The position numbers were made by a program, and so were the translations under genes. The notes below the pieces were generated by a model. That model did no database searches. It saw nothing but the letters and a program-made list of their open reading frames with translations, and was not told where the DNA came from. A DNA stretch of 64,000 nt from Fimbriosthenelais zetlandica (lineage: Eukaryota): the NCBI GenBank assembly GCA_977030845.1, contig OZ365113.1, positions 21,080,001 to 21,144,000 on the forward strand, given 5' to 3'. Below are positions 19,350 to 32,492 of this stretch, in pieces. The first letter of the stretch is position 1; the number at the start of each line of letters is the position of its first letter.

Positions 19350-21845
19350 CCTGGCAAAAGATGAGCAACGAGAAGGATTCTCGCATCCTCGAGAGGTCGG
19401 AAGCGGGGAAGATACTGGCGCCAGACGAGAAAGAAGTTAGAGGCGTCTGTGTGGGAAGAGAGTGGGAGTATAGCAAAGAGATGCTGAGAGAGAGGGGCGA
19501 GCATCCGTGAAAACCGAGGAGGAGCAAGAACAAGCAGCAGACTGCTGGTCCCTTTACTGAAGCATCAGCATCTCTCTCTATCCCACACTCCCTGACTCAC
19601 TCACACCTCCAATCATCGTCAACAATATTATAATACCCAACTCTAACCTGAAAGACAAGCAGAAGAGATACTAGCCAGCCAGACGTGGGACTCCAGGCTC
19701 TCTCCAATATAGAGGAAAGAAGAGGAGGTGGAGAAGGAAGGAAGGAAACTATACACTCATAGGTCTGCTGCTTCAAACATCAACGTGGCTCACTTTCATT
19801 GATTTATATTTGGTCTATATTGTTTTCCTGGATTAGAATGAAGACTCTTACTTTCCCAGGTCTTAAGAATGAATGGCTATATCTCTTGTCAGTGGATTAA
19901 TTCAGATTATCGTTATATATAATCCAAGAGAAATAGAGGGAGAAAGGAGATCCCTTGGTGGAAATAATTTACGAATTTAATAGAATATCTGAGAGTGAAT
20001 ATTGTTATGAGGGAACTGGCCATGCCTATACTGATCTTGTCTTCTGGCTCAGTCTCCTAGTCACCTGCCAGTTATCAGAAGAATACGCTGACTTTTGTCC
20101 ACTCACAGCAGCATCAGACCACATCAAAACAACACTGTAAATCTCTATAGATCTGGGGAAGTAGGTCCTACAAGAATACACGGGTGACTCTCTAATCGGA
20201 GCTTGAGAGAGATTTTGGGCACATGAATAGTGCTCATAAAAGGCTCGCATGTTTACCTCTGAATTAGGCACCCCACTATGGATTAAATATTGAGGTGCTA
20301 ATCTCTGTACTAGTCCCACGGTTAGCTAGTTGAAGGTTTCTAAAATACACAACAACATATAGACTTGCCAACTGTATAATATATGTATAGATCTACTTCT
20401 TTGAGTGAACACTCACGAAATCCTGCATCAAAGGGAGCCTTTTGTTGAGAGATAATTGGTAGGCTTTAGCAATGCCAACAACACGGGATATTTAGTACAT
20501 TTAATATCAGTTACTCTATAGGTGCCCACAATCCAATATATTTGATATGCTGGGTTGATATCAAGTCCATATCAAGCTGGAGAAGCTACTAATTGCTATA
20601 AGATCAGTTGACCTGTGGGCTTTTACCAGTACCATCAAAGGCAGTAGCATTTCCTGCATGATCAGTTGGTAGGCTCTATATCACTAGGAAGGAAGCAGCA
20701 AGCATTCCAAGCCAAATCATTCCAACCGCAGGGCACTCACCACCACCACCACCACTACCAAGACCAACACCATCACTACCCAGACCTCCGACAGGGGGGG
20801 ACTCTTGATTATTACCTGAGTTAGATTGATTGGAGCGGGAGAGAGCCTTCTTCCAGCATCCTCTTGGACTCCTACCCAGTACCCCATCCCCTCCCTCCTG
20901 TCCCTCTCACTCTACAGGATTGGCTGGAAGAGGGCAGAACCTGCGCAGTCAGTAGTGGTAGTAGTAGAGAAAGTGGGACCTGAGAAGCGCGGCGTGGACA
21001 CTACTGTGTGGGTCTATGTGGAGTAGTAGTGGTGGTGGTAGTTTGGACGAAGTACTGGAGGAGGGGGAGTACTTCTAGGGGTGCTTACTTACTTACACAT
21101 GCAGGAGGGGGAGAAGAGGTACAATCTCTAGCTTACAGGAGTATAGGAGGACCTGGAGAGACGAGATTATTGTAGAGTGATCAACCAACATACTGAAACC
21201 CAGGAGGAGAAAGTGGAGGAGGAGGAGTAGGAGATACTGGAGCAGAGCATCATCATCATACACAGCTCCCACTGTGAGCTGGAGTAAGAGGAGAGGATAC
21301 ACTGATCTATAAATATATATAATAACTACACTACTACAACCACCTACTCAAATACATCACTTTGGACACCTTTCTTAAATTATATGCACTTCTGGAGAAT
21401 TCTTCAATTGGAGATAGGAGAGAGAGACGGAGGCAGACTGACATAGACTGATAGATCCTACTACCATCAGCTGATCAATAGAAGCCAGGAGTGCCTAGCC
21501 AGGATAGTAGCTCCTCCTCCAGTCAGGATCAAACCACTATACACTAATCCTCCGCATACATACCAACTTACATATATACCTAGCACGGTAATACAACATA
21601 CAAAAGACTCCCCAGGACGAGTGGGAAAAAAGCCAAGAGGAAGTGTAGGAAAGAGTCAGTCCATCGCGACTACAGACAGTCATATTGTCCATTGAAAACT
21701 GTACTGAAAGAACTGAGTCTGAGGAGGAAGACAAGAAGCTCGGCCCTGGAGTGCATCCATTGGATTCCTTACTTCATCCAGCTCCATCCTCCCCCGTAAT
21801 ATTAGGCTTACGACAGTCACCGAGGGAGGACCTACATACCTTCAG
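19350..21845 (+). mobile_element. Unclassified decayed coding-like repeat with TpA excess
   Basis: GC-richer than its flanks, with protein-like but stop-interrupted frames (e.g. QKTPQDEWEKSQEEV*ERVSPSRLQ, PPPPPLPRP). CpG is nearly absent and TpA is enriched. It ends at a perfect CAG|GTAAG donor (21845). No family motif recognised. Confidence 0.35.
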
Positions 21846-23929
21846 GTAAGCAAATAAATTTTTGTAGGGTATGAATCTTTCCAATTAATCAAGAATATTT
21901 GTTTCAGGTATCCTGTGTGCTTGAATTATATTGAATATGCTGTTATGTTTAAGACATATGTTAGGTTTATGAGAAATTTGCTCATTACTGCAAACATAGT
22001 CATTGTTTGTGGAAGCACAAGACAAATTTTCACTAAAGAGGTGAGAATGAGTGTACACACATCACCAGAGCTGAGGCATGCTACAGTGTGCCCGTAAAAT
22101 TAATCATATAGGTTGGGCGTGCCTCTGAAAGATGACGCCGGAGAAGATCTAATAAAACCGACCTATTATCACTCTTTTAAGAATATTTTCAGATGAAACA
22201 GAATGGAAATGAACGATCCCTCGTGATGTTTTCTTTCTGTTAGGGGCACACGTGGAGATTTAGTTCTATAGGTAGAGTGGTAGATTTTGGCAAAGCTCCA
22301 TATATTTCCCCAGTCAGTACTATACACTGGTTCCCCATTCACGCTCTGTGCTCCCCATAAACTCTTTTTTATCTCGATATTAGACTTGGATACAATTTAC
22401 TTTCTCACAAAGGATTTGTCCGTGAGCATTTGAGCATTGTACTTAAGGGGGTTGATGAACATTCATCCTACCTACCGGAGTGCATGCATCTCTATAGGGA
22501 ATGGAATCTTACCATTGAAAGTATCATCTGGCCTATAACTTTTATTATTTTCTGTATTAACTGATGCAAATATTATCTTCTGCATTGGCATGCCAATTTT
22601 ATAAATGTACATGGGATACATATGGTTCCTAGAATGACCCCATTACATTTAATCGGAGCACAGTAAATTTGTCCCAGATAGGTCATATACAACCTGCATA
22701 GCGACATACTACCCCACCTAAATGTCAGTAGAATGTACATATGTAAAATGTCATGAAATATATTGTACAACAAACATATACTATAGATGGTACTATCCCA
22801 GCTAAAATCTGATGGGAGATTACATTTTGTAGAATGATAATAATTGTTGTCCACAATTACATGGGCTCTTACAGAAAATTGGTCTTCCTAGGAAAGTTTA
22901 ATGAAGGGCTGTAATGATTACTGAAATTGAACATGATTCTATGGGGCTGATATTCATTTAGTTTAAGTGAATATAATTATGCACCGGTAGCACTCACCTT
23001 CTCAAAAGAAAAAAAAATATCATTGCCTGGGGTCTGAGGTCAATATTGCTGACATCCATTTTAATCTTGACAATCTTTTAAAAAAAGTTTCATCTGCCAG
23101 TTCAGGGAGGTAGCAGTCTCAGCTTGGGTCTCTTTAAGCCCCTACTTTTTCCCTTGATGCCCTTCATGGCAATTTTATACTGTACTCATGCAGTATAATG
23201 TATTTCCGAGGGGAAAAGGAGTCCCAGCAAAGTACCAGAAATAATGAAGTCTCAGCTTATGGGCAGGTCCTGAAACATACTGCAGTAAATTGCCTTCAAA
23301 GGCATAAATATGAGATAAAGAGTTGATTACTTGTGTGGGATATCTCGCCAATATCTATTGAAAAACAGTCCTCTATTATTAATCCTTGGACGAGAAGTTA
23401 CCTCTTCCTGTTTTCTCTCATCATTTTTATTATGCATTGCAAGTGTCTTGGTGAGAAAATCCCAGTGCGAAAATAATCAGTTTCACAATCTCTGTCAAGA
23501 CACCAGCCCACACCTTAAAGCTCAGTTTATGTGCCATTAGGGGCTGGGTCTCATCATAACTTCCCCGTTACAACCCTACCCGGGACTGAACCATTTGAAA
23601 AGTGCCAGAAGCGTTTTTAATCATGAATACTAAGTAAGTTTAAAAGTTTCTCTTTGAGAGAAGGGGTATTCTTTTTACTCTTTTGACAGAACATTTATTA
23701 CAGCTGTGTTTTTTTCCCCTGTGGTTAACGGTGCACTACTGCTCTTAAAGTCTCCCCTAAACCGGACTATAGCCACTGCGGTCATAACTCAACGATGCAT
23801 TGGTCTGAAATAATGCCTTTATGTCAGAACCTTTATAAAAACTAGACATAACTTTCCTTCCCATTTTAGCTAACATATCACGACATTCTTATTGAAGCAA
23901 TTTGGTTCACTATGGCAATGCATACAGCG

Positions 23930-26900
23930 TACTTACCATGTTTGTTACATAGAGTTTTCCTATGGCAAATAACATCAAAGGTACCGCTGGCTGATGGCTT
24001 CCAGATACGACCATTCCACTGCGTCCTCCAGGCCTTGGAGCCAGGACAGAGATATGATTGGGGCCACTTTTGTTATCATATTACGAGCCTGGTCAGTGGC
24101 TTTGTTCGGTGAATCCTATCACAAAGACTTTATGGCCAATAGAGCAAGTTAGCGGGGAACATAGGGTTAAGTTTATTTTGCTATGGTAACTGTGTTTTAC
24201 CCTCTCCAGCCCTTTATTCGGTTTAATCGCTCGTGAAGGCCAGACTTACTATAGGCTGTGTAAATATTAGAGGGTAGGATTGCTGGACAAAGGGATCCAG
24301 CGTAATGCCTTTTTATTGGATTTTTGACAGTAATGAATTGCCCACAACCAAGTCAGATAATCTGAAATTCTATCGAATATGGGTAATGTTATACTTGATA
24401 TTGTTTAAATTCCCTTTCAAAATTGCAGAAAACCTCCATGACTTCATTATAGTTTCAGCAGTTTCTTGGGGGATAAAAGTTTCATTTAATTGGATTTGGA
24501 GGACATGATCAATATAAAAGTGTTCATTTAATTTCAAGGAAATTTGATGCTTTGTTTTCAAGGAATAATAGTTCATAAGGTATTATATGGCCTGAATTTA
24601 TGTAGTGTCTTTGCATTGCCTTTTTATGAACAAGGAAATGATAATATAAAATATTTACTATAAATTAATTCACTTATATATTATTGTTATATATATACAT
24701 TATTGGATGCTGGCCAGAATCCGTAATATTTGGTCTCATTCAGTGTCTCATGTCCTAAGTTATGTAGTACTCTCAATAGGTTTGGTCCACAGCCTTGATT
24801 TCTGGATCTTGTCAGATCTACCCTGCTCCAGCGTTAATTGCTCGGGTAGCAATCCACTTTTCCCTCTTCGTGCACCAGCTAGCAATGAGTGGATCATCTC
24901 TTTAACCATTGAAAGCACGATCTTTGTCCAGGATCTTCTCTGTACATTGGGCTGTAAATGAAAGCGGTCGATTCCCTCAAGGATGATCCGTCACTCAAAG
25001 GTTACATTGATTATTAATCAATGCATCGAACACTGATCTGGTTTGCAACAGTGTAGAAGCCAAAGAATCTGCTTAGCGGAAAGTTGATAGCAGTTGCCAT
25101 CTGATACAGCATACTTTATCACTGTTTCCAAATATAGTTGTGTATCTTAGAAATATAGATGGATATCTGAATCTCCCTTTTGACGTGAAAGATTATAGGC
25201 GTTCACCAACTGCTAGAAGCTATGTGATATACTGTAGGAAGTAGACCTACTTTAGTAGACGGCCCTGCGGTAAAATGTGATGCTGCGGAATGGAAATGGT
25301 CAGGAAGCAATTTACCCTTCATATAATGTCAATTTATTCCCATATATTATTGTTATGCCATCTTGCCTTTAAATACCTTTTGAAAAGAAATACGAAAAGT
25401 GTATCAATTGAACCAAAAGTCATCTCAATGACCATTAATAAGAACATAACTATATAGCATTGAAAAAAAGTAATAATAAAACATGACCTGAAATCGCAGG
25501 CCCAGAACCAGACAAATATATTATTTGTTTGGAAGCCTATATATCCCATGTTTAGGGCCATACATTTCCACTGCAAGATCCCCTTGGGTGAAGCAAGTCT
25601 CAACCATTGGAGATAAACAAGAATGATTATGGTGGTGTCACGAAGGGACAGTCTAGAGGCCGTGATAATAAAAGTGACCAGGAATATCCCTGTGCCAAGA
25701 GAAGGAGATGGATGGGGTAACTTGGCTTTACCCTCATCGACTCCAGCAGGCCTCCGGCTACCCGCCCCATCTGATGATGATGTGCCACACCCTTGAAAGA
25801 AAGAATAATGCCAAATATAAATCGTGTAATGGAAAGATATTTTTGCACAAACCACCCATCGACAGCCTATAATATATTCCCGAAGGCGGGTAGCATTCAA
25901 TTAGTTAGCCTAATTTTTGCTGAGATGTATTCCTGGCCTTTGAGTGCAAACTGATGGATCATCTCAGAAAATCAGTACTCACGAAATCATTCCATGCTTG
26001 GCCAGTGTCAACCAAGACAATATATTTTAAACTGTTCGTCTTCTTTGCTTTGTCAGCCATTGTACCAAGTTGCCAGGTGACAGTGCTTTCAAGTAGCCTG
26101 TTTTGTAATGTGTTTGCCAGCCTTTTGCTGATCAAATGGAAACACCTCAAAAAGGTTGACTGGGAAAAGAATGACATTGGGTGCATTTTGAATGCTAGGC
26201 TCGTGTCCTGACCTCCACACCTTAGACTGTCTGGCCACACACCTTAGACTGTCTGGCCAACACCTGAATGGGCGAGAAAAATAGACCCCCAGTCCAACAT
26301 GTCTGTTGGGGAATGAGCCTTTAAGATGACGGCCAACTGGAATTCCGACCATGATGCAGGACTTGGGAGCAGGAGCAAACAGAAAGGCTCGAGGTTTTTG
26401 TGTCTTTGAGGGTGTTTTAATGGAAAGTAGCAGGCCATGTCAGCCAGGGCTGTTGAAGTACAAGGAGATAGTTCACTTTCCATCACCATAAAGCAAACTA
26501 ATGTCCATAGGAAGAAGAGGCCATTGTGTGGGTCTGTGGGTGGAATAGACGAAAAAACTACTTGTAACTCAGTCCTTCCATGCTGGCATGGAGGGGAAAC
26601 ATTGGTTCATTGTATGTGGGCTTGCCTTTGCTTCAACCACTATGTGGCCCATTGTCTGACTATATTTCAAAAAAAGTTAACTTTACATGGCATAACTTCC
26701 TCCTGTTCAATATCTTCAAGGACAGATAACAATGTGCGCCCAAAATTGTTTTATGCCTGTTGCTCTGTAAATGAAAGATGATGCCTCTCTGAAAGACTGA
26801 ATAGGAAAAAATACATCATTATTTCACTTTTAATATTCATTAACTCTCCATTTACTTACTCAAGTAAGATGTTATATAATGATACTTGTCGCCATTTCCA

Positions 26901-29900
26901 ATGGATTGGCTTTTTAACAAAAGCAATATGATGCCACTGATGCCTCCTGTGTTCTGCTGGCGTCCCATGTCAGTCCATTAGGTGCTCGTGTTTTTGGCCC
27001 CCAACACAAGGCAGGGACTTGTAGTGCCTGGTATTAGCCAAATTATAGGCACCCTGAATGATTATACCTGTCTGTCTCCATGTAGTATAGGGTGACAGCA
27101 GGCTGGACTCTTTAAACAGACAAAAAGGTGCATAGACCTCTTCACATTGCTTTGGCTGGTTGGCCTGATAATGTAGAGGTCAGTAAAGCAGAGAGATTTG
27201 TCAATGCCTCACCGTAAGCTGCTAGGCATGCCAGAAACAAATCAATATTGTCTTATACTACTGACTATTAAAACCATCAGATTACTCCTGCATTAAACCC
27301 AATCCATATACTACTTACAGATACACTCCTATAATGGAAACGAGGCCATGTCGAATGCTGTAAAAGCCAAGGTATATTTTGTAAATCATAATTTTTGGCA
27401 GATGAATGTGGGCTGATTTGAATGTTGAGAATTATAGCCACTGATTTTTTTTAACCAATTTCATAGCCAGCCTCCACCCCATCCAACTTATACTGATTCT
27501 AGTTGATTCTAAAATGTGTTCCCTTAAGCAAACTTGCAGTCCGGCTCCGTTCCCACCTTCTTATCAAAGCCTGTGGCCTCCAGTTCTTTAGCATTGATTT
27601 GCTTTGAGGTAAAACGAGATTCACTTCTGGGAACGGGGATGGACTGCTTCTACCGTACACCATTAAAATGTTTGGCATGTTACCAGGGGATCTAACATAA
27701 TCCTGAGTTGATGGTACTTGGCTGTTTTCCCCAGGGAATTCCTAAGTTTCAATTATGTTTTACCCAAGAGGAAGTTCATGTATAACAGTTTATATTATTG
27801 TATAAGTTATTGGTCCTATCCTGATTTATTCTTCTTTTCAAGGTTGCTTCCCGTCAAAGTATGGAAGTTTTTTTCCTCTTTTGTTCACAAAGAAACCATC
27901 TATCAGTTCCTAAAGATTTTTTTTGTGTGCAAGATGTTAGGGCTGGCTTTAAGTAGTACTGGCTATCGATTTGACCAAGAAAGGTGGAGAGATATACCTC
28001 ATGTTGCTTTGCTCTGATTGCAAAAGTCAAATGCACACAACATGAAAGGGCAGAGCTAAAATAACACTTGACCTTAAGCTGTGATCAAGGATATAGAAAC
28101 AATCCCTCATAACTTTGAACCACAGGTATTTTAATTAGGAACGGACACGTGGTATATACCTAATCAGTTGGGTCTGGTCAGATTAATAATAAATTAATGG
28201 ACATGAATAATCCAATACATTTACCTGACTTTGCTACTGTATTACGAATATAGATCTGCATGATAAGGTAGCTTGATACGCATATACCTGGATCACATAC
28301 CATTGCTTTCGATCATGTCCCCTGGTCAGGAGACTGGATCGCTGCCATAAGAACTCACCATAAAACCTCTTCATTCCCTATAACTCCACCAAGGCTTTCG
28401 TGTTCACGTGCTCATGCATATAGCTGTTCTTTTAAACTCACTCCTTCATTGAGGGAGTCCTCTAGCTTGCAACCTTTGCTATTTTTGTTGGCTTCTGAGT
28501 TGTTTTCAGTCGGGAAAGCCCTGACTAATTGGATTATTGATGTCCATGTCTCGCCTCGCACTGGTCTCTTGGCTGTGAAAACAATTACCTTGTGATTAGA
28601 CCCATCTTCACTTATACTGCTTACTTTGAGCCACTTGCATGAATTTCCTGCCATTACCCCACAGAGAACTAACTCTGAGGGTGTGAATATAGAATATTGA
28701 ATTCGTGGCTGAATGTTGTTGGTCTATGGGGGTGACTTTGTTTCACAGTAATATGCCCTAAAATATACCTTAATTTCCTCTAAACCAACATCAAAAAGGA
28801 AGAATCAAAAAGTACTCATTTGTACAGGAAAAGCTCCTTGTCTTGCTCCCATTCTTCTGGTATAGAAGATTAGAACGACCTGCATAAAACATTCTCCTGG
28901 TATTTAATTATCAGTTGGGACCTGCTCCTAGTCTCTTGGAGTAAGGGCGAGATTTTCTTTATGAGAAATACCAGATATAATGTCAGACAAAGTATGACAT
29001 TTTCAAGAAATTACCAGAACAAAGCACTCGAGTCTGTTCACTGGAAAAACAATAATTATTGGTGGGATGCATCGCTGTCATACTTTCCTTGTTTTAATTT
29101 CTTCAGCGTTATAACTGAGTGCATTTCATTTGTCCGGAACAACAGCCAGAAATATTTGTCTGGCTGTTTCTATCTCACGGAAATTCCCATGAATGATGAG
29201 TATTCCTACTAATTTTTCCTCGTTGACCCTTTGTCTTGAGAGGAGTTCCGGATAAGATGGTAAGAAATTGGCCTGAGGTTACGAGACTTGTCTGTTTAAG
29301 GGCCCTTAATGGCACTGTGATTTCAGAACCAATTCCACCCTAACTCGGTCATGTTGGCTTTAAAGAGCTTAACTAAAACAAATGAAGATTCCCACTTCCT
29401 GTTCTGGGAAAGCCTGCATGATTTAGTGAAGTAATGATTACCAGTGTTCTTACAATTAGAAATGACACTTTAGGACACGTTTGCTCCGAGGAAAAGTGTT
29501 CATACTTTATATAGAAACAAAAAACATCGTTCCCGGTTAAAGATCTGTTTCTTCGATACACTTAATAACAGTCACCCTATATTAACGACCCCCTAGGTTG
29601 TCTTGTAAGGACTTTAGTTGCCAGTTTCCCCTAAGTCCCTTCCCTCAGGTCTATTGGCCAGCCCGCGGTATTATTCAAGCGTGATCCCACTACCGGTTTA
29701 CATTACCCAATATCCAACGTGCTGACCTTGCTGAGGAGCTTAGATGGTGCTCTTGTGGGAAGTTCTGAATAAGTCTGAAGTGCCTATTGAGGTAATATAT
29801 GTTGCCCGCCTAGACCATTTTATACGTCTAGAGAGTTTGCTAGGCATTGAAAGCTGATAGTTTGGGAGCCTGCTAAGTGATATTGAGCAGGAATTTACAA

Positions 29901-30300
29901 GATAGGGAAGAATATTTCACAGGAAGGTGTAAAAGGTTTCCGGTAAAGCGCTGTTGGATATTGAGAGATTTGATTGGATAGAGGTACCCATGCCATTTCC
30001 GGATCCACAAGAAATCCCTGAATCCCTCATCCATCTTTCGAGGGGGTCCCGCTAACTATGACAAGGCAGGGTGTTGGGAGATTGGAAGCCTCTCTTCCTG
30101 AATGGAAAGGCGTGGTTAGGTCTGGGCCTTTCTGACATATTCTTTATGCCAGGGTCGAGCCTATAAGGCGATAAGGAGGAAAAGGTTCTAGTCGAGTGGA
30201 AGGTCACCCTGATACATATGAAGATTTTCATTTTGCAAATAATTGTCCCCTCAAGAATAAGACTCAATGTCAAAGTCGCCGACAAAATACTTTTTTCTCA
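23930..30300 (-). mobile_element. Large decayed coding-like remnant(s), probably a DNA transposon or endogenous viral element; family not recognised
   Basis: Several stop-interrupted, protein-like segments on the minus strand (e.g. KWPQSYLCPGSKAWRTQWNGRIW ~24060, KILDKDRAFNG ~24920, KGKPTYNEPMFPLHASMEG ~26600, FTSKQINAKELEATGFDKK ~27590, GFLVDPEMAWVPLSNQISQYP ~30000). Some have splice-like ends. Boundaries are approximate and it may be more than one element. Confidence 0.25.
26216..26259. repeat. Exact 22-bp tandem duplication
   Basis: cacaccttagactgtctggcca occurs twice, at 26216-26237 and 26238-26259. Confidence 0.9.
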
Positions 30301-31559
30301 AGTTCCACCCTTGCCACCTATACCATACTTTCTGATGGGTACGGTATACACTGACCTTGGGATCATTCACACCCATATTATTCTCTCACTAAATGGCACA
30401 TAGCATGTCACTGTATACTTTAAAATGATATCTTTTTTATACTTCATATTTATCACAACTCACAATCCTTGCAAGCATGCAAGCATCTACTTCACATTCC
30501 TTTATTTGAGCAAGATCAAACCCCATAAAGTGACAGTTGGGAATATGTAGGTGTTACTCTGAACAATACGTCAGTCTTATATACACTCCATGTATTCCTG
30601 GTAATGTCCAAACTAATGTTTGGCTTCATCTCATATCTCATTCGTCATGATATACAGCTTTAATAACGTATAACTGGCTGGGGCGAATGTAATCCTATCT
30701 AATTTAACCTGATTTACTGGAAGCCATTAAATATTAATGTCTGGATTCTTTTGAAAAATATGGAAGTTGATTGCATGGCACAACATCGTAAACACATCGT
30801 CTCGAGTCAAATCTAGGCAGGCTAATGGAAGTCTTAAAGTTCTCTCTCGATATAAAAAGAAATTATATAGTATGTCTTTATCTGCGAAGGTAGGAGTGAA
30901 ATGAAGTCATTTATTCACCATAAATTCTCACTTGACAGCGCATTTTATACACTGACATCAATGTCAGCATATATATACAGAAAATGCCCACGCACACTGC
31001 CCCTAGTTGTAAGGTCTGTACCTTCCCGGTACCTCACCCCTTCACAATTCCAGGTAGCTTGATGGCCTGGGGGTGTTTGCCCAGCGTCTCGTATGGTGGC
31101 GTTGGTCTCGTGTAGGGCACGCCTGTCAGGCAGTCAGTGGCGCCACTGGCCGTGGTGATGAGAGGAGTAACTGTTTTTATCAAATTTATCTCCCATGGCT
31201 GCATTCATTTCACACGTGCATGCCACATTGATAACAGGCAGGGTAACATGGACCCTGAGTAAATCAATTTATCCATTAGACCAAAAACTCTCTCTCTTTC
31301 TCTGAAAGCCTTTATCAAAGAGGAAGGTATATAATACTCCTATATAAGTTACCATTTCAATTTATCATAAAATGTATATATGCCCATAAGTCAACCTATT
31401 GAAAGTAACATGATGTACCTGGAAATTTACTTTGCATAATAGATTTTTTGATCAAATACTCCTCCGCATTCATTCGAACTATTTAATGCATTTTGCCAAG
31501 TCCAGTCCTTGGCAATTCGGCAAGGCACCATGCAGTTGGGCCTGATAAAAATCCTTAAA

Positions 31560-31630
31560 TTTCATCGCAAAAAAGTTTCGCTGGATTCGGGAGTGCCCCA
31601 AGGATCCGTCTTGGATCCAGGTCTTAAAGC
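31560..31630 (+). mobile_element. Possible LINE reverse-transcriptase fragment
   Basis: The frame KVSLDSGVPQGSVLDP resembles the (S)GVPQGS(V/I)LGP motif of CR1/L2/Jockey RTs. The expected downstream LF..YINDL is not seen. Confidence 0.3.
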
Positions 31631-32492
31631 CTCGTGATCTAGTTTTGCTAAGTGTGGGACTAAATGGACCGATGGTAAATTCGCGTGAGAACCTGAACAT
31701 TCAGACATGTCAAAGCCCTGTGGGGATATGTCACGTTCTCATATAGGCAAACAAACATGTTTCCACCCCACACAGCTGACTTAGACATCCGTTTGAATGA
31801 CCTTGTACAAAAAGGACATTCATATATCAATTCATTTCAATGGAAATTAATACTTTAGAAATAGGGTCTACTGAAAACGCTCTAAAATCGGACCCTTCTC
31901 TACTTCTGTTATATGTATAGGCTATTATTTTTGCTTTAAGTGTTGTTTTAATTATTCTAGGAGATTCTTTAGGAGATTCTGGATGTATTTGTGGTGAGAT
32001 AGAGATGAATTATGACATCGTAAAGTGGACATTGATCAAGGCTAACTATTCACATCCAGCCTTGGTTTTCTCTTTATAGCTGTTGGTCCTTGGTATACGG
32101 GAATGGTCGGAGGCAGCGGCTAGCCCGTTCATGCTTTATGATAGTCCATAATGCCCCAAGTGATGGTATGGGCATAATGATAAAAAGGCACGCTCCCTCC
32201 GACCTAACACATGTCCTCACATCCTCCCTTAAAACATGGCATTATTAAAAGCTTCCAGGGAGAGGAGATCACATGCTTAATGAGACCCCCATGGCGTCCA
32301 TTAGACTATTTCTCAGACCACAAGAGCCGTGAATATTGGACCTTGTCCTGCCAGAAGCAAATCAGAAATCAGGAGATACTGCATGAAGGGTAACCCGATC
32401 AATACAGCTAATGATCTATTATAGTTCATTATGTATTAAGAACTATTTACTTCTAGTTATATAAGATTGTGTTACAAGGGCAAAAACGTGTT

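Noticed and set aside
21600-21800. piggyBac C-terminal cysteine-rich domain (KRKCRK...YCP...CIHWIPYF..LH)
   Set aside because: Cysteine spacing does not fit and no transposase core was found upstream.
25500-25950. Crypton tyrosine recombinase (NATRLR, YRLP)
   Set aside because: The motifs are in different frames and at the wrong spacing.
26216-26259. CRISPR-like repeat
   Set aside because: Two directly adjacent copies with no spacer, in a eukaryotic context.
19350-30300. Argument that every stop reverts to Gln/Arg by T to C as proof of hypermutation
   Set aside because: Circular, because all stop codons begin with T. Only dinucleotide counts and the stop-type spectrum were used as evidence.
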